A DNA stretch of 20,629 nucleotides from Chiloscyllium plagiosum (lineage: Eukaryota): assembly GCF_004010195.1 (NCBI RefSeq), contig NC_057751.1, positions 17,041,585 to 17,062,213 of the forward strand, in the 5' to 3' direction. Position 1 is the stretch's first letter, and each line of letters starts with the position of its first letter. The translations under genes and the position numbers were made by a program. A model generated the notes under the pieces. The model saw only the letters and a list, made by a program, of their open reading frames with translations. It ran no database searches and was not told the origin of the DNA. Positions 1 to 10,159 of this stretch are shown here, one piece after another.

Positions 1-183
1 TAAACGCAGAGGGTTAGGTGGAGACGTTACGGCCCAGAGGGGGGCTGAAGTGACATTCAATCGTAACTTCCCACAAAGAACTGGAATCGTTCATCTGAGG
101 ATAAAAGGTGTACTCAACTAAACAGAGGAAGGGGGAGGGGGGGGGATATCTGAACTGGTTTTACATGACATGGTCGGCTGGAC
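1..183 (+). mobile_element. Heavily decayed CR1-type LINE 3' fragment
   Basis: Loose similarity to the CR1 3' region (cgcagagggttagg...ttcaatcgtaacttc...gaactgga). Confidence 0.35.
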
Positions 184-185
184 AT

Positions 186-890
186 TTTTTTCTGTATTCA
201 CATTGATCCCTGGCAAAGCCAACATCGACTACCCATCCCTAACTGTCCCCTTGAGAAGGTGGGGAGGGGGGGGGGGGTGAGCTGCCATCTTGAACCCCCA
301 TCTTGGTGTAGGCACCCTCAGGGAGGGAGTCCCAGGATTCTGACCCAGCCACACTGAAGGAAACGGCCGATATAGTTCCCAAGTCGGGACGGTGAGGGGC
401 TCGGAGGGGAACTTGCAGGGGGTGGTGGTGTTCCCAGTGTACCTGCTGCCCCTTGTTCTCGACGGAAGTGGCCGTGAGGTTTGGAAGGTGATGTCTGAGG
501 AGCCCTGGGGAGTTGCTGCAGTGCGTCTTGTAGATGGTACCCACTGCTGCTACTGAGCGTCGGGGGGTGGAGGGAGTGGGGGTTTGTGGGTGTGGGGACA
601 ATCGAGCGGGGGCTGCTTTGTCCCTGGATGGTGTCGAGCTTCTCGAGTGTTGTTGGAGCTGACCCCCCCCCCCAATCCAGAGCAAGTGGGGAATATTCCA
701 TCACCCCCTCCTGACTAGGGCCTTGTCGATGGTGGGACGGGGCTTTGGGGAGAGTCAGGAGGGGAGTTGATCGCTCCCAGCCTCTGACCTGCTCTTGGAG
801 CCATCATATCTCTATGGGCTGGTCCAGTTCAGCCTCTGGTCAATGGTAACCCCCAGTACATTGACAGTGGGGAGATTCAGTGACGGCAAT
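186..890 (-). mobile_element. Non-LTR retrotransposon (CR1/L2-group, family B) 3' end, decayed
   Basis: Frameshifted ORF2 C-terminal peptides MEYSPLA, PTTLEKLDTIQ, SLHP, VAAVGTIYKTHCSNSP, SFSVAGSESWDSLP. An A-rich tail lies at the left end. Confidence 0.8.
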
Positions 891-999
891 TTGTACTCTT
901 TTATTTGTGGGTGCCGTGAGACCAGTACAGAGTCATACAGCACAGAAGCAGATCCTTTGATCGTACCTCTATGTTCCAACTAGCACTAAACCATTTGTC

Positions 1000-1172
1000 C
1001 GCAAGCATTTCTTGCCCATTGGCAATTACGGGTTAACGCGAATGCTTTGGGCCTGGAGTCATGTCTAGGCCGGACCAAATAAGGGTGGCAACTTCCTTAC
1101 GCAAAGGGAACTTGGGGGGGGTTTCCGACAATCCCGAATGATCATTCGATTCTTAATTCCAGATTTTTACTC
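1000..1172 (-). mobile_element. Decayed tRNA-derived SINE (family 2) fragment
   Basis: Core gcctggagtcatgtctaggccggaccaaataagggtggcaacttcctt...gtttccgacaatc...ttaattccagattttta is shared with copies at about 2300-2415 and 18286-18555. Confidence 0.6.
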
Positions 1173-1175
1173 AAC

Positions 1176-2075
1176 AAAGAATGTTCCAGAACAGGAACAG
1201 GCCCTTCGGCCCTCCTGCGCTGATCCAGATCCTCCATCTAAACCCGTCGCCTATTTTCTCAGGGTCTGTCTCCCTCTGCTCCCTGTCCATTCATGGATTG
1301 GTCTAGATACATCTTAAGTGACAATATCGTGCCCACCTCTACCACCTCCACTGGCAACGCGCTCCAGGCACCCACCGTCCTCTGCACCCACGCAATATCC
1401 CCCTTAAATTGTCCCCCTCTCACTTTGAACCCGTGACCCCTAGTAATTGATTCCACCCCCCTCCCCCCCCCCGGGGGAAAAGTTTCTTGCTATCCCCCCT
1501 GTCTATTCCTCTCATGATTTTGTAACCAATGAAAGTAATCCTAACCTACTCAACCTCTCCTCATAGCTAGCTCCCTCCATACCAGGCAACAGCCCGGTGA
1601 ACCTTGGATAAAACCAATTACTGCGGATGCTGGAATCTGAAACCAAAAGGGAAAATGCTGGAAAAATCTCAGCAGGTCTGGCAGCATCTGTAAGGAGAGA
1701 AAAGAGCTGACGTCTCGAGTCTCACTGACACTTTGTCAAAGCTTTTGACTCGGAACGTCAGCTCTTTTCTCTCCTTACAGATGCTGCCAGACCTGCTGAG
1801 ATTTTCCAGCATTTTCTCTTTTGGTTCCTGGTGAACCTCCCCCTGCACCCTCTCCAAAGCGTCCACATCCTTTTGGTAATGTGGCGACCAGAACTGTACG
1901 CGGTATTCCCAAATGCGGCCGAGCCAAAGTCCTATACATCTGTAACATGACCTGCCAAGCATTGTACTCAATACCCCGTCCAAGCAGGCCGTATTATGCT
2001 TTCTTGACCACTCTACTGACCTGCGTTGCCACCTTCAGGGAACAATGGACCTGAACACCCAGCTCTCTCTGTCCA
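1176..2075 (-). mobile_element. CR1/HER1-type LINE 3' fragment, interrupted by the palindromic insertion at 1605-1826
   Basis: Peptides EYRVQFWSPHYQKDVDALERVQ and TRGHGFKVRGGQFKGD...WSALPVEVVE; CR1 3' tail aggcccttcggccc. Confidence 0.9.
1605..1826. mobile_element. Palindromic (inverted-repeat) insertion, probably derived from a Penelope-like element terminal repeat
   Basis: Arms 1641-1721 and 1747-1826 are near-perfect reverse complements around a 25-nt spacer. Flanked by cccggtgaacct (1593-1604) and cctggtgaacct (1827-1838). The Penelope origin is from recalled similarity. Confidence 0.75.
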
Positions 2076-2299
2076 TCTGGACTGAAATCACGTTCCACAG
2101 TCCGCCATGGAAATACCTAAATCTGGATAAGCATCATCCCACTCGGGCGTCATCTCCCCATCGTCAACGTCACCGGCCACTCCCAGCCCAAGCCTGGATC
2201 CTGCCCGAATCTTGCTGCTTTCGGACCTGGAGTCGCCAGTGACGCAGACCCCTGGTGCAGTGATCAGCGACCAGCCCACTCCCCACCTCAGCAAGTCCA

Positions 2300-2415
2300 C
2301 AGTCAACCACGTTGGGAATCACGTGGAGGCCAGACCAGACAGGGAGGACAGCCCTCCCTTCCCTGAGGACACAAGTGACCTTTTCCACAACTTGGCCTGG
2401 GTTGCATGGTCACCG
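2300..2415 (-). mobile_element. Decayed SINE (family 2) fragment
   Basis: agtcaaccacgttgggaatcacgtggaggccagaccagacagggaggacagccctcccttccctgaggacacaagtgacc resembles the 1000-1172 and 18286-18555 copies. Confidence 0.6.
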
Positions 2416-2874
2416 TTCGACCAGCGTTCAACTCTGACCTGCCTCGAGATAGCTGGGGTGGGGGGGGGGGGGGGGGGGAGAGACGCACAGAAATGACAAT
2501 TCTGTGAGAGTTAGAGGCTGGCAAGGAGGTTTGGGGGGAGGTGCTGCAGAGCGGTTTTATCTTTAACACCAGACAGCGTTCAAAGTCACCGGGTTTAATG
2601 GACTGCTCTAGGCACAGCTATCGATTCCTGGGAGCACCACTCGCACAGTCCTGGTGCTTTTTTTTGTCAGTCAGTCTGGAATTGAACAGAGCACTTTGAC
2701 AAACTCAGCAGCGTAACCCTCACTTCACCGGCAGGAGGAGGGAGTCTCCCAACCACGGTCGCAACGTATTCAAATCCCCCCCTGTCCGTTATGGCTGTGG
2801 GCTGTCGATTCAGATGCACCGTTTACATCGACCCGTGATGTTTCTGTTCTGCTGAGGGGGGGGGGCACTCAAAT

Positions 2875-3210
2875 ATATGTTCACTTGCTTCCTCAACCGA
2901 GGGCTCCTCCCAACGTCGAGTTTGACAGAGCTCTCAGCCAGCTCTGACCCATCTCCAGCACTCCTCCCCAACCCCCCCCCACAGCAGCGATTGGGACCCC
3001 CTCATCTTGACCTCCCACATCCAGAGGATCACGGGGTCACCAGTCACAGACTGCCTTCCCCTCCACTCCCCTCCCCTCCCCTTGTCTGCATTCAGCAAGG
3101 GACCATTCCACACCCCCACCCCCAACTCCGGGACACCCTCTTCCTCCACTCCTCACCGCATCTTTGCCGGCAGCCACAGAAGGTGTGACTCCTGCCCATT
3201 CCCGTGCCCC
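2875..3210 (+). mobile_element. Penelope-like retroelement ORF remnant (RT C-terminus to zinc-knuckle linker)
   Basis: Frameshifted peptides MFTCFLNRGLLPT, HIQRI, SPPLPLSAFSKG and a CxxC-containing HRRCDSCPF, typical of the Penelope region before the GIY-YIG domain. Confidence 0.65.
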
Positions 3211-3710
3211 NNNNNNNNNNNNNNNNNNNNNNNNNNNNNNNNNNNNNNNNNNNNNNNNNNNNNNNNNNNNNNNNNNNNNNNNNNNNNNNNNNNNNNNNNN
3301 NNNNNNNNNNNNNNNNNNNNNNNNNNNNNNNNNNNNNNNNNNNNNNNNNNNNNNNNNNNNNNNNNNNNNNNNNNNNNNNNNNNNNNNNNNNNNNNNNNNN
3401 NNNNNNNNNNNNNNNNNNNNNNNNNNNNNNNNNNNNNNNNNNNNNNNNNNNNNNNNNNNNNNNNNNNNNNNNNNNNNNNNNNNNNNNNNNNNNNNNNNNN
3501 NNNNNNNNNNNNNNNNNNNNNNNNNNNNNNNNNNNNNNNNNNNNNNNNNNNNNNNNNNNNNNNNNNNNNNNNNNNNNNNNNNNNNNNNNNNNNNNNNNNN
3601 NNNNNNNNNNNNNNNNNNNNNNNNNNNNNNNNNNNNNNNNNNNNNNNNNNNNNNNNNNNNNNNNNNNNNNNNNNNNNNNNNNNNNNNNNNNNNNNNNNNN
3701 NNNNNNNNNN
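3211..3710. other. Assembly gap (500 N)
   Basis: Run of N; the round length suggests an arbitrary scaffold gap size. Confidence 1.
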
Positions 3711-3882
3711 CAGCATTCGTCACTCCCAGCATTCGTCACTCCCTGCATTCGTCACTCCCTGCATTCGTCACTCCCAGCATTCGTCACTCCCAGCATTCGT
3801 CACTCCCAGCAATTGTCACTCCCAGCAATCGTCACTCCCAGCATTCGTCACTCCCAGCATTCGTCACTACCAGCATTCGTCA
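3711..3882. repeat. 16-bp minisatellite (CAGCATTCGTCACTCC)n, about 10.7 copies visible, truncated by the gap
   Basis: Direct tandem units every 16 bp with few substitutions; degenerate units continue to about 3937. Confidence 0.97.
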
Positions 3883-4619
3883 GTGTCCACACACGTCAAT
3901 ACCAACATTGGTCAATGTCCACATTCATCAATATCCTGGGGGTTACCTCAGTCAGGATTATACACAATGCATTTGGTGACAGAAACCAGGAGAATGGTCA
4001 TTTTCGCAACATCCTCTGTATTGGGTGCTCTAATGAAGGTGACACCAATTCTGGGTGATGGTGCTGAGGGACCCTGTTAGCGTGGTCGGACATAATAGAG
4101 GAGAGGGTTGGCCAACGGGAGCGAAGACCCATTCTGCGCTTGGCCGCATGTGGCCCAGTGTGTCAATGCTGGTCAGCAAACTGGAAAAAGGAGCGTGATT
4201 GCCCCCAGGCCTGACATCAATGAGGATAAGACACTGCCCTGAGCAACAACTGCTCCCTGGGTCTGGTTTTTATTGCAATAAAGTAATGTGGTCAGCCGTC
4301 CCACTGTGCCATGACAATCGGAACCCATTTGCCAGCAGTTTGGTACTGGTGCCGTATATATTATTGTGCCCCCCCCTGCCCCGTCTCTCCACCCCCCCCC
4401 CCCCTTGAGATTTGGTACTCTTGTGATCAGATAGGTGCAAGGTAGAAATCTCCGCTGGCTTGTCAGGTGCCTGGAAGTAACCCTTTTCTTTCACCCCCCG
4501 TGATAACGACAATCTGAAAAGTCTGAGGTTTGTCCCGACACAGGACCTGGAGGGAGACAGAACTTTCCCTGAGAGGGACGGGGTGCAGGCTCTTTGACAT
4601 GTCCCACATGATGTGTGCA

Positions 4620-4681
4620 TGTGAGAGACAGGCAGCGAAAGTGAATGAGAGACACGGTAAGACAGAGACAGACAGACAGAA

Positions 4682-4714
<33 letters not shown>

Positions 4715-4858
4715 AAGCAAGGGTGACACGGAGATAGAGAGAAAGTGAGAGAGTTAGAGACAGAAAGAGAGAGAGAGAAAGTGACAGAGAGACACAGAAA
4801 GACAGAGACAGAGAGACAGAAAGAGGCAGAGGTAGACGGGTGGATGGATAGATCGATC
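4620..4858. repeat. GA/GACA-rich low-complexity microsatellite tract
   Basis: Mixed (GA)n and (GACA)n sequence. Confidence 0.9.
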
Positions 4859-5039
4859 AATCCTCAGTGCAATCCCTAATCTTTAACAAGTTCCTGATCT
4901 TATTCAGGGAAAGTGGGCGCCTGGATGAGGGGGGAGGAGCAGCTTTACAATAGTTGCCAGAGACCCACGATTGCTGTGGGCTGGTGGGTGGGCTGTTGGC
5001 CTAGGGGCAGGGTGCGGGTGGAGGGAGGGGGGGGGGGGG

Positions 5040-5070
<31 letters not shown>

Positions 5071-5099
5071 AGAGTAGCATAGAGTACAATAGGTCAGTG

Positions 5100-5185
5100 G
5101 GAAATCCCACTACCAGGAATACATTTCCCTCCCTATCTGCAAAGACTGTTCACTCCACGACTACCTGGTCGATTCCACTCTGTTC
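5100..5185 (+). mobile_element. Short Penelope-like ORF remnant
   Basis: cccactaccaggaatacatttccctccctatctgcaaagactgttcactccacgactacctggtc resembles the PTTxxIFPSPPLSAFRKDxSLRDxLV segment with deletions. Confidence 0.45.
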
Positions 5186-5239
5186 CCCCCTCCCCCCACC
5201 TCGCTCCCGTGCGCACACCCCGCCCCCTCAGTAACTCAC

Positions 5240-5395
5240 CTCTCAATCTGAGACAGGAACCTGGTCTGGAAGATGCCCCTGGTCTTGAGCCTCTCGGAGA
5301 TCCGGCCCCGGAACAGCAGCCCCCGCTTTGTGAAGTCGATGAGGATGTTACGGACGATCTCGCCCAGGTACATGCCGCTGATCAACTTCTCGTAC
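5240..5395 (-). CDS. HK2: Hexokinase (HK2-like) exon 16 equivalent, 156 nt (not shown in the ORF track)
   Basis: Acceptor ctctctccggcag|G and donor AG|gtgagt. Manual translation: [51 protein letters not shown], followed by a split codon. Confidence 0.95.
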
Positions 5396-5420
5396 CTGCC
5401 GGAGAGAGGTCAGCCGGGGT

Positions 5421-6065
5421 GAACATGGGAACAAGCAGGAGCGGGCCATTCGGCCCTGCTGCGCCGTTCAATCACAATGTGAGCTGATCATCCAACTCAG
5501 TCCCAAGTTCCTGCTCACTTGCATTGATCCCTTTGTCCCGAAGAACTCCATTCAAATCCTTCTTGAAATCAATGTTTTCTGCATCAGAGAATTCCACAGC
5601 CTCCCCGACTCTCTGGTTGAAGACATTGCTCCTCATCTCAGTCCCACCCCATCTCCTTAGATTATGACCACCTGGTTCTGGACTCCTCAAAGTCTTCGGG
5701 TTCTGTCCAGTCCCTGTTAGAGTTCAATAGGTTTCTATGAGAACCTCCCCCCCCCACCACCCACCGAATCATCTTGGAAACTCCCAGTGAATATAGTCCT
5801 AATCCAATCCAATTTCTCTCCAGCCATCAGTCCCAGGAATCAGTCTGGGAAAGCCATCGCTGCCCCCCCCCCAACCCCCTCCGACGCCAGAAGATCCTTC
5901 TTCAGGTAGGGAGACCCTAAACCGCACAGCGTGCACGCACGCAGGCGCACACACACACACAAATACTCCGGGGTCTGGTGTCGCCGTGCCCATCCTCGCC
6001 CCTGTCCTCCAATCCTCCCGCTGCGGAGGGCACAACATCTCATTGGCCTTCCACTGCTCCTGCAA
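5421..6065 (-). mobile_element. CR1-type LINE 3' fragment, decayed, with a short (CA)n expansion
   Basis: Peptides SPYLKKDLLA, FPRLIPG, SPEPGGHNLR and TEMRSNVFNQRV; CR1 3' tail ggccattcggccc. Confidence 0.8.
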
Positions 6066-6214
6066 GGCTGACTTACAGCGAGTGGGGGAGGAGGGACGCC
6101 CAGGTCTCAAAGGGTGCATTTTCAGTTTTGAATTTGTTTAATTTGGAAACTAAGACAAACAAAAAGAAGCTCTTTTGTAGGAACTCAGTTTCAGGATAAC
6201 TGTGACAGCCTGGT

Positions 6215-6585
6215 CAATCTGTCCTGCACACTTTCCAAGTTAAGAACGTCCTTCCTACAGCGGGGCGATCAGAACTGAAAGCAGGATTCCAAATGTCGTG
6301 TAAAGCCGCAAGTTTTGGACTCAATGCCCTGACCAGCAAAGGCAAGCTGTCAATCAACCTCCTTCACCACCCTCTCTCCCTGCACTTCCCCTTTCAAGGG
6401 ACTATGTACCTGCACCTCTCGGTCTCTCTGTCCCACAGCACTCCCCAGAGCCCAACCATAAACGTCCTCAGTCCTGCGCTGGTTTGTCTTCCCACAATGC
6501 AACACCCCGCATTTATCTGCATTTAAACTCCATCTGTCCAGTGGACGAGCTGCTCAAAATCCCATCGTACTCTTGAGACATCCCG
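6215..6585 (-). mobile_element. CR1-type LINE ORF2 fragment
   Basis: Similar to 12690-13050 on the opposite strand (cagatggagtttaaatgcagataaatgcggggtgttgcattgtggg; cagttctgatcgccccgctgtaggaaggacg). Confidence 0.8.
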
Positions 6586-6759
6586 CAGCTCTCAGGGAGC
6601 AGGACAGAAGGGGATTTCGGGGGTGATAATGCTGGTCCAGAATCCACAGACAACTGCTCTCTCTCCCGCCAACTTCCTCTGGCAAAGTAACTGAATCCTC
6701 TTCAAAATCTGCTGACCTTTCCCGAACACAGCCGATCCCTGACGTAGAGGCCTCAGGAT

Positions 6760-7910
6760 GGGCGTAGGAGGAGACTGTTCCACTCCATCGCTCAACTAGA
6801 TCACGGCTGATCTTCGAGCTCAATCCCATTTTCCCGTATTATAGAACAACACGGCGCAGAACAGGTCCTTCGGCCCTCGATGTTGTGCTGACCTGTGAAC
6901 TATTCTCAGCTCATACCCCTACACTATCCCAAAATCACCCATGTGCTTATCTAAGGATTGTTTAAATTTCCAATGTCCCTGTATCCTTAAAATCGAGGAA
7001 TCGATTGAAATTTTCTTGCACTTGGTGAATGTCTGATTCCCCACTGTCCAAGGATTCACCACCGTCTGGGAAAAGAATGTCACCTCACAGATTTGTAGAT
7101 TCACACAGTTGCGGGAAAGGCCCATCGGCCCCTTGAGACTGCACCAACACAAAGCACCACTAAGGGGCGGTAATCCCCATTTTCTGCACTTAGACCATAC
7201 CCTTGAATGTATGGGCTATTTCAAATGCTCAATTAATGTTATTTTGGTAGGTTGTAACGTTTCCAGCCTCCGTTACCTTCGTCAGGCAGTGCATTTCAGA
7301 TTGTCACCACCTGCTGAGTGAAAAAGTTCTTTCTCAAATCTCCTGCCCCTTACCCGGACAGTATGCCCTCTCGTGAGTTACCCTCAACAGCCACTGTCTG
7401 TTCCATACCCTTCATAATCTTATATACCTCAATCACATCCCCCCCCCCCCAGTGTCTTCTGAGCTCTAGAGAAAAATTCCAAGGCTATTAATCTCGCCTT
7501 ACAGCTCAACTTCTCCTTCCCAGGCAACGTCCTGGCTAACTTCCTCTGCGCCCATTCCAGTGTGACCGTATCTTTCTTGTAGTGAGGTGACCAGAACTGC
7601 ACACCGTGCTCCAACAGTGGCCTGACCAACACCCTGCACAACCTCAATATTACTGCCTTCCTCTTATACCCTGTGAAACAGCAGATGAAAGCAAGTGTCC
7701 CACATTCCTTCTTAACTATTCAATTTACAACTTCAGGGATCCGGGAATGATTACCCCAAGATCCTTCTGTTCGCCTCAGCTACCCATTTAGTAAATGCTC
7801 CCACATATTGTTGGTCCTTCCAAAGTGCATCACCTCGCATTTCTAAGGGTTAAATATCATCTGGCCAACCCATCTATATCTTCCTGCAACCATTGTCTCC
7901 ACTATTAACC
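6760..7910 (-). mobile_element. Cluster of nested or adjacent CR1-type LINE 3' fragments
   Basis: Several CR1 tails (aacaggtccttcggccc near 6860; aggcccatcggcccc near 7118) and the peptide LVRPLLEHGVQFWSPHYKKD...RTLPG. Confidence 0.8.
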
Positions 7911-8281
7911 GCCCTGCACTTTTCACTGGACTCCTACCCCTTTGTAACCTGACAATAAACCGAATTCTAATTCTCCCATTCTAATTTCCAATCTACTGGT
8001 CTTGGTGTCGTCTGCAGATCTGACTAATATTTCATTCTGGATTTGATTTGATTTGATTACTGTCCCGTGTCCTGAGCTGCAGTGTTGTCCTACGAGAATT
8101 GAAGGCAGGTCACACTATGCAAGTTCATGAGGACTAAGAGCCCGCCCGGATTTGACTACCTCCACATCTGCCCTATCTGGGCACTTGCAGAAGTTAATTC
8201 AAGTGTGGGTTAAGTATTGACTGATGGCCACATGGTGGCGCAGTGTCATTGGATGCCAAGGTATCCTACACTGCCAACGGA

Positions 8282-8599
8282 TAGATTAGATTAGATTACT
8301 TACAGTGTGGAAACAGGTCCTTCGGCCCAACAAGTCCACACCACCCCCGCCGAAGCGCAACCCACCCATACCCCTACATTTACCCCTTACCTAACACTAC
8401 GGGCAATTTTACATGGCCAATTCACCCTAACCTGCACATCTTTGGACTGTGGGAGGAAACCGGAGCACCCGGAGGAAACCCACACAGACACGGGGAGAAC
8501 GTGCAAACTCCACACAGTCAGTCGCCTGAGGCGGGAATTGAACCCGGGTCTCTGGCGCTGTGAGGCAGCAGTGCTAACCACTGTGCCACCGTGCCGCCC
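8282..8599 (-). mobile_element. Full-length HE1-type (V-SINE family) tRNA-derived SINE
   Basis: 5' end gggcggcacggtggcacagtgg (A box) and ggttcaattcc (B box); V-domain gtgtggagtttgcacgttctccccgtg...tttcctcccacagtccaaagatgtgcagg; CR1-like 3' end and (TCTAA)n tail. Confidence 0.93.
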
Positions 8600-8659
8600 A
8601 CGAGGTTTCCCTCATTTCCCAAAGAAGTATCTCCGGATTTGAGAAACGCACTCCCTTAC

Positions 8660-8843
8660 GTCTGTCTGCCCGGATTCATCGACAGCCGGTCCACTTCCCG
8701 ATCGAACTCAGTCCGGATGTCATCCAGGCAGCCATTGTCGCCAAACGCGCCCCATTCCATGTTGATGCACATCCGCCCTTCATCGCCTTCCACCGTCTCC
8801 ACATTCTTCATCTCTTCCATGTAGCAGGCATTGCAACCGGTCC
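8660..8843 (-). CDS. HK2: Hexokinase (HK2-like) exon 15 equivalent, 184 nt
   Basis: Acceptor cattctgcag|GG and donor AC|gtaagg. Encodes [62 protein letters not shown]. Confidence 0.96.
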
Positions 8844-8959
8844 CTGCAGAATGGGGGGGGGACATACAAACACAACGCCAGATAAAACAACCTGCTTCAG
8901 AACACAAGCTGCTGTGGACCAGAAAGCGACCAGCAATGGCTGCGTAAATACAGCAGGAC

Positions 8960-9246
8960 GTCGGTGGCTGGGAATCCTGTGGCATCCCCTCCCCCCCCAA
9001 AAAAAGCCTGTCCCCACCATTGACAAGGCCAAAGTCAGGAGTGTGTGATGGAATACTCCCCAGTTGCCCTGGATGGGCGGGGGAGGGAGGGGGCAGCTCC
9101 AACAATACTCAAGAAGCCCGACACCAACCAGGGACAAAGCAGTCCCTGCCTGACTGGCCCCACACCCACAAACTGTCACTCCCTCCACCACCGACGCTCA
9201 GTGGGGGATGTGTACCACCTACAAGACGCACTGCAGCAACTCACCA
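8960..9246 (+). mobile_element. Non-LTR retrotransposon (family B) fragment, homologous to 186-890 in opposite orientation
   Basis: Peptides [30 protein letters not shown] and HSLHHRRSV. Confidence 0.8.
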
Positions 9247-9643
9247 CGGATGAAGTGCCTGTGAAACGCGTGAGCAAGTGAGCAACGGGTCGGAGGTAGG
9301 TTGGCCAGTCCAAGTTCAGGTTTAAGAACAGATCCCATGAAAACATGGGTCTGAGGACGTGAGCCCATTGTTAGCATGTATCCACATTCAAGTTGGTCAA
9401 CTTCAACAGGAAGGGAGGGAAGTGGGGAACTGGGGGTGAAAGGTGGGAACTGAGGGCCAGTGTAATGTGTTTCACTGTTTCAAACACATCAACCCATTCA
9501 CACAACCAATCTCGAGCAAACAACTGATTATTAAACCATTATGTGGATGCAGATGGAATACATTAGGATGCTCCCTTCACTTTTATCATCGACGCACAGA
9601 GTCTTGCAGCACAGAAACAGACCCTTCGGTTCAACCAGTCCAT

Positions 9644-10159
9644 GCACGGTGGCTCAGTGGTTAACACTGCTGCCTCACAGCACCAGGGTCCCAGGTTCGA
9701 TTCCAGCCTCGGGCATCTGTCTGTGTGGAGTTTGCACATTCTCCCCGTGTCTGCGTGGGTTTCCTCTGGGTGCTCCGGTTTTCTCCCACAGTCCAAAGAT
9801 TTTCAGGATAGGGTGAATTGTCCATGCTAAGTTACCCACAGTGCTCAGGGATGTGCAGGTTAGGGTGGATTGGCCATGCTAAATTACCCATAGTGCTCAG
9901 GGACGTGCAGGTCAGGGTGGATTGGCCGTGCCAAATTACCCATAGTGCTCAGGGATGTACAGGTTAGGGTGGATTGGCCATGCTTAATTACCCATAGTGC
10001 TCAGGGATGTGCAGGTTAGGGCGAATTGGCCATGCTAAATTGTCCCATAGTGTTAGCTGCAGTAGTCAGAGGGAAATGGGACTGGGTGGGTTACTCTACG
10101 GAGGGTCGGTGTGGACTTGTTGGGCCGAAGGGCCTGTTTCCACACTGTAGGGAATCTAA
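9644..10159 (+). mobile_element. HE1-type SINE with an internal tandem expansion
   Basis: A box tggctcagtgg, B box ggttcgattcc, V-domain, and 3' end gggccgaagggcctgtttccacactgtagggaatctaa. Confidence 0.92.
9798..10053 (+). repeat. 52-bp tandem repeat, 5 copies, inside the SINE
   Basis: Unit GATGTGCAGGTTAGGGTGGATTGGCCATGCTAAATTACCCATAGTGCTCAGG starts at 9798, 9850, 9902, 9954 and 10006. Confidence 0.95.

Noticed and set aside
2088..2306. Candidate diverged hexokinase exon 17 (LQVR and KIR words on the minus strand)
   Set aside because: The words are in different frames and the conserved CDDS, AAQLCGAG and VGVDGTLYK motifs are missing, unlike the strong conservation of the other exons.
3007..4080. 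Long ORFs of 187-357 aa in the ORF track (also those spanning 14995-15921)
   Set aside because: They are artefacts of reading through N gaps, minisatellite and low-complexity sequence. Only 15835-15930 is a real exon.
8035..8130. (ATTTG)n plus flank as the tail of another LINE family; similar weak hint at 6590-6750
   Set aside because: Too short and diverged to support a call by eye.
8525..8599. tRNA gene (A and B boxes), also at 9644-9710 and 11532-11596
   Set aside because: These are tRNA-derived SINE heads that continue into SINE body or LINE tail sequence.
9798..10053. Regularly spaced repeats resembling a CRISPR array
   Set aside because: The units are contiguous with no unique spacers, lie within a vertebrate SINE, and no cas genes are present.
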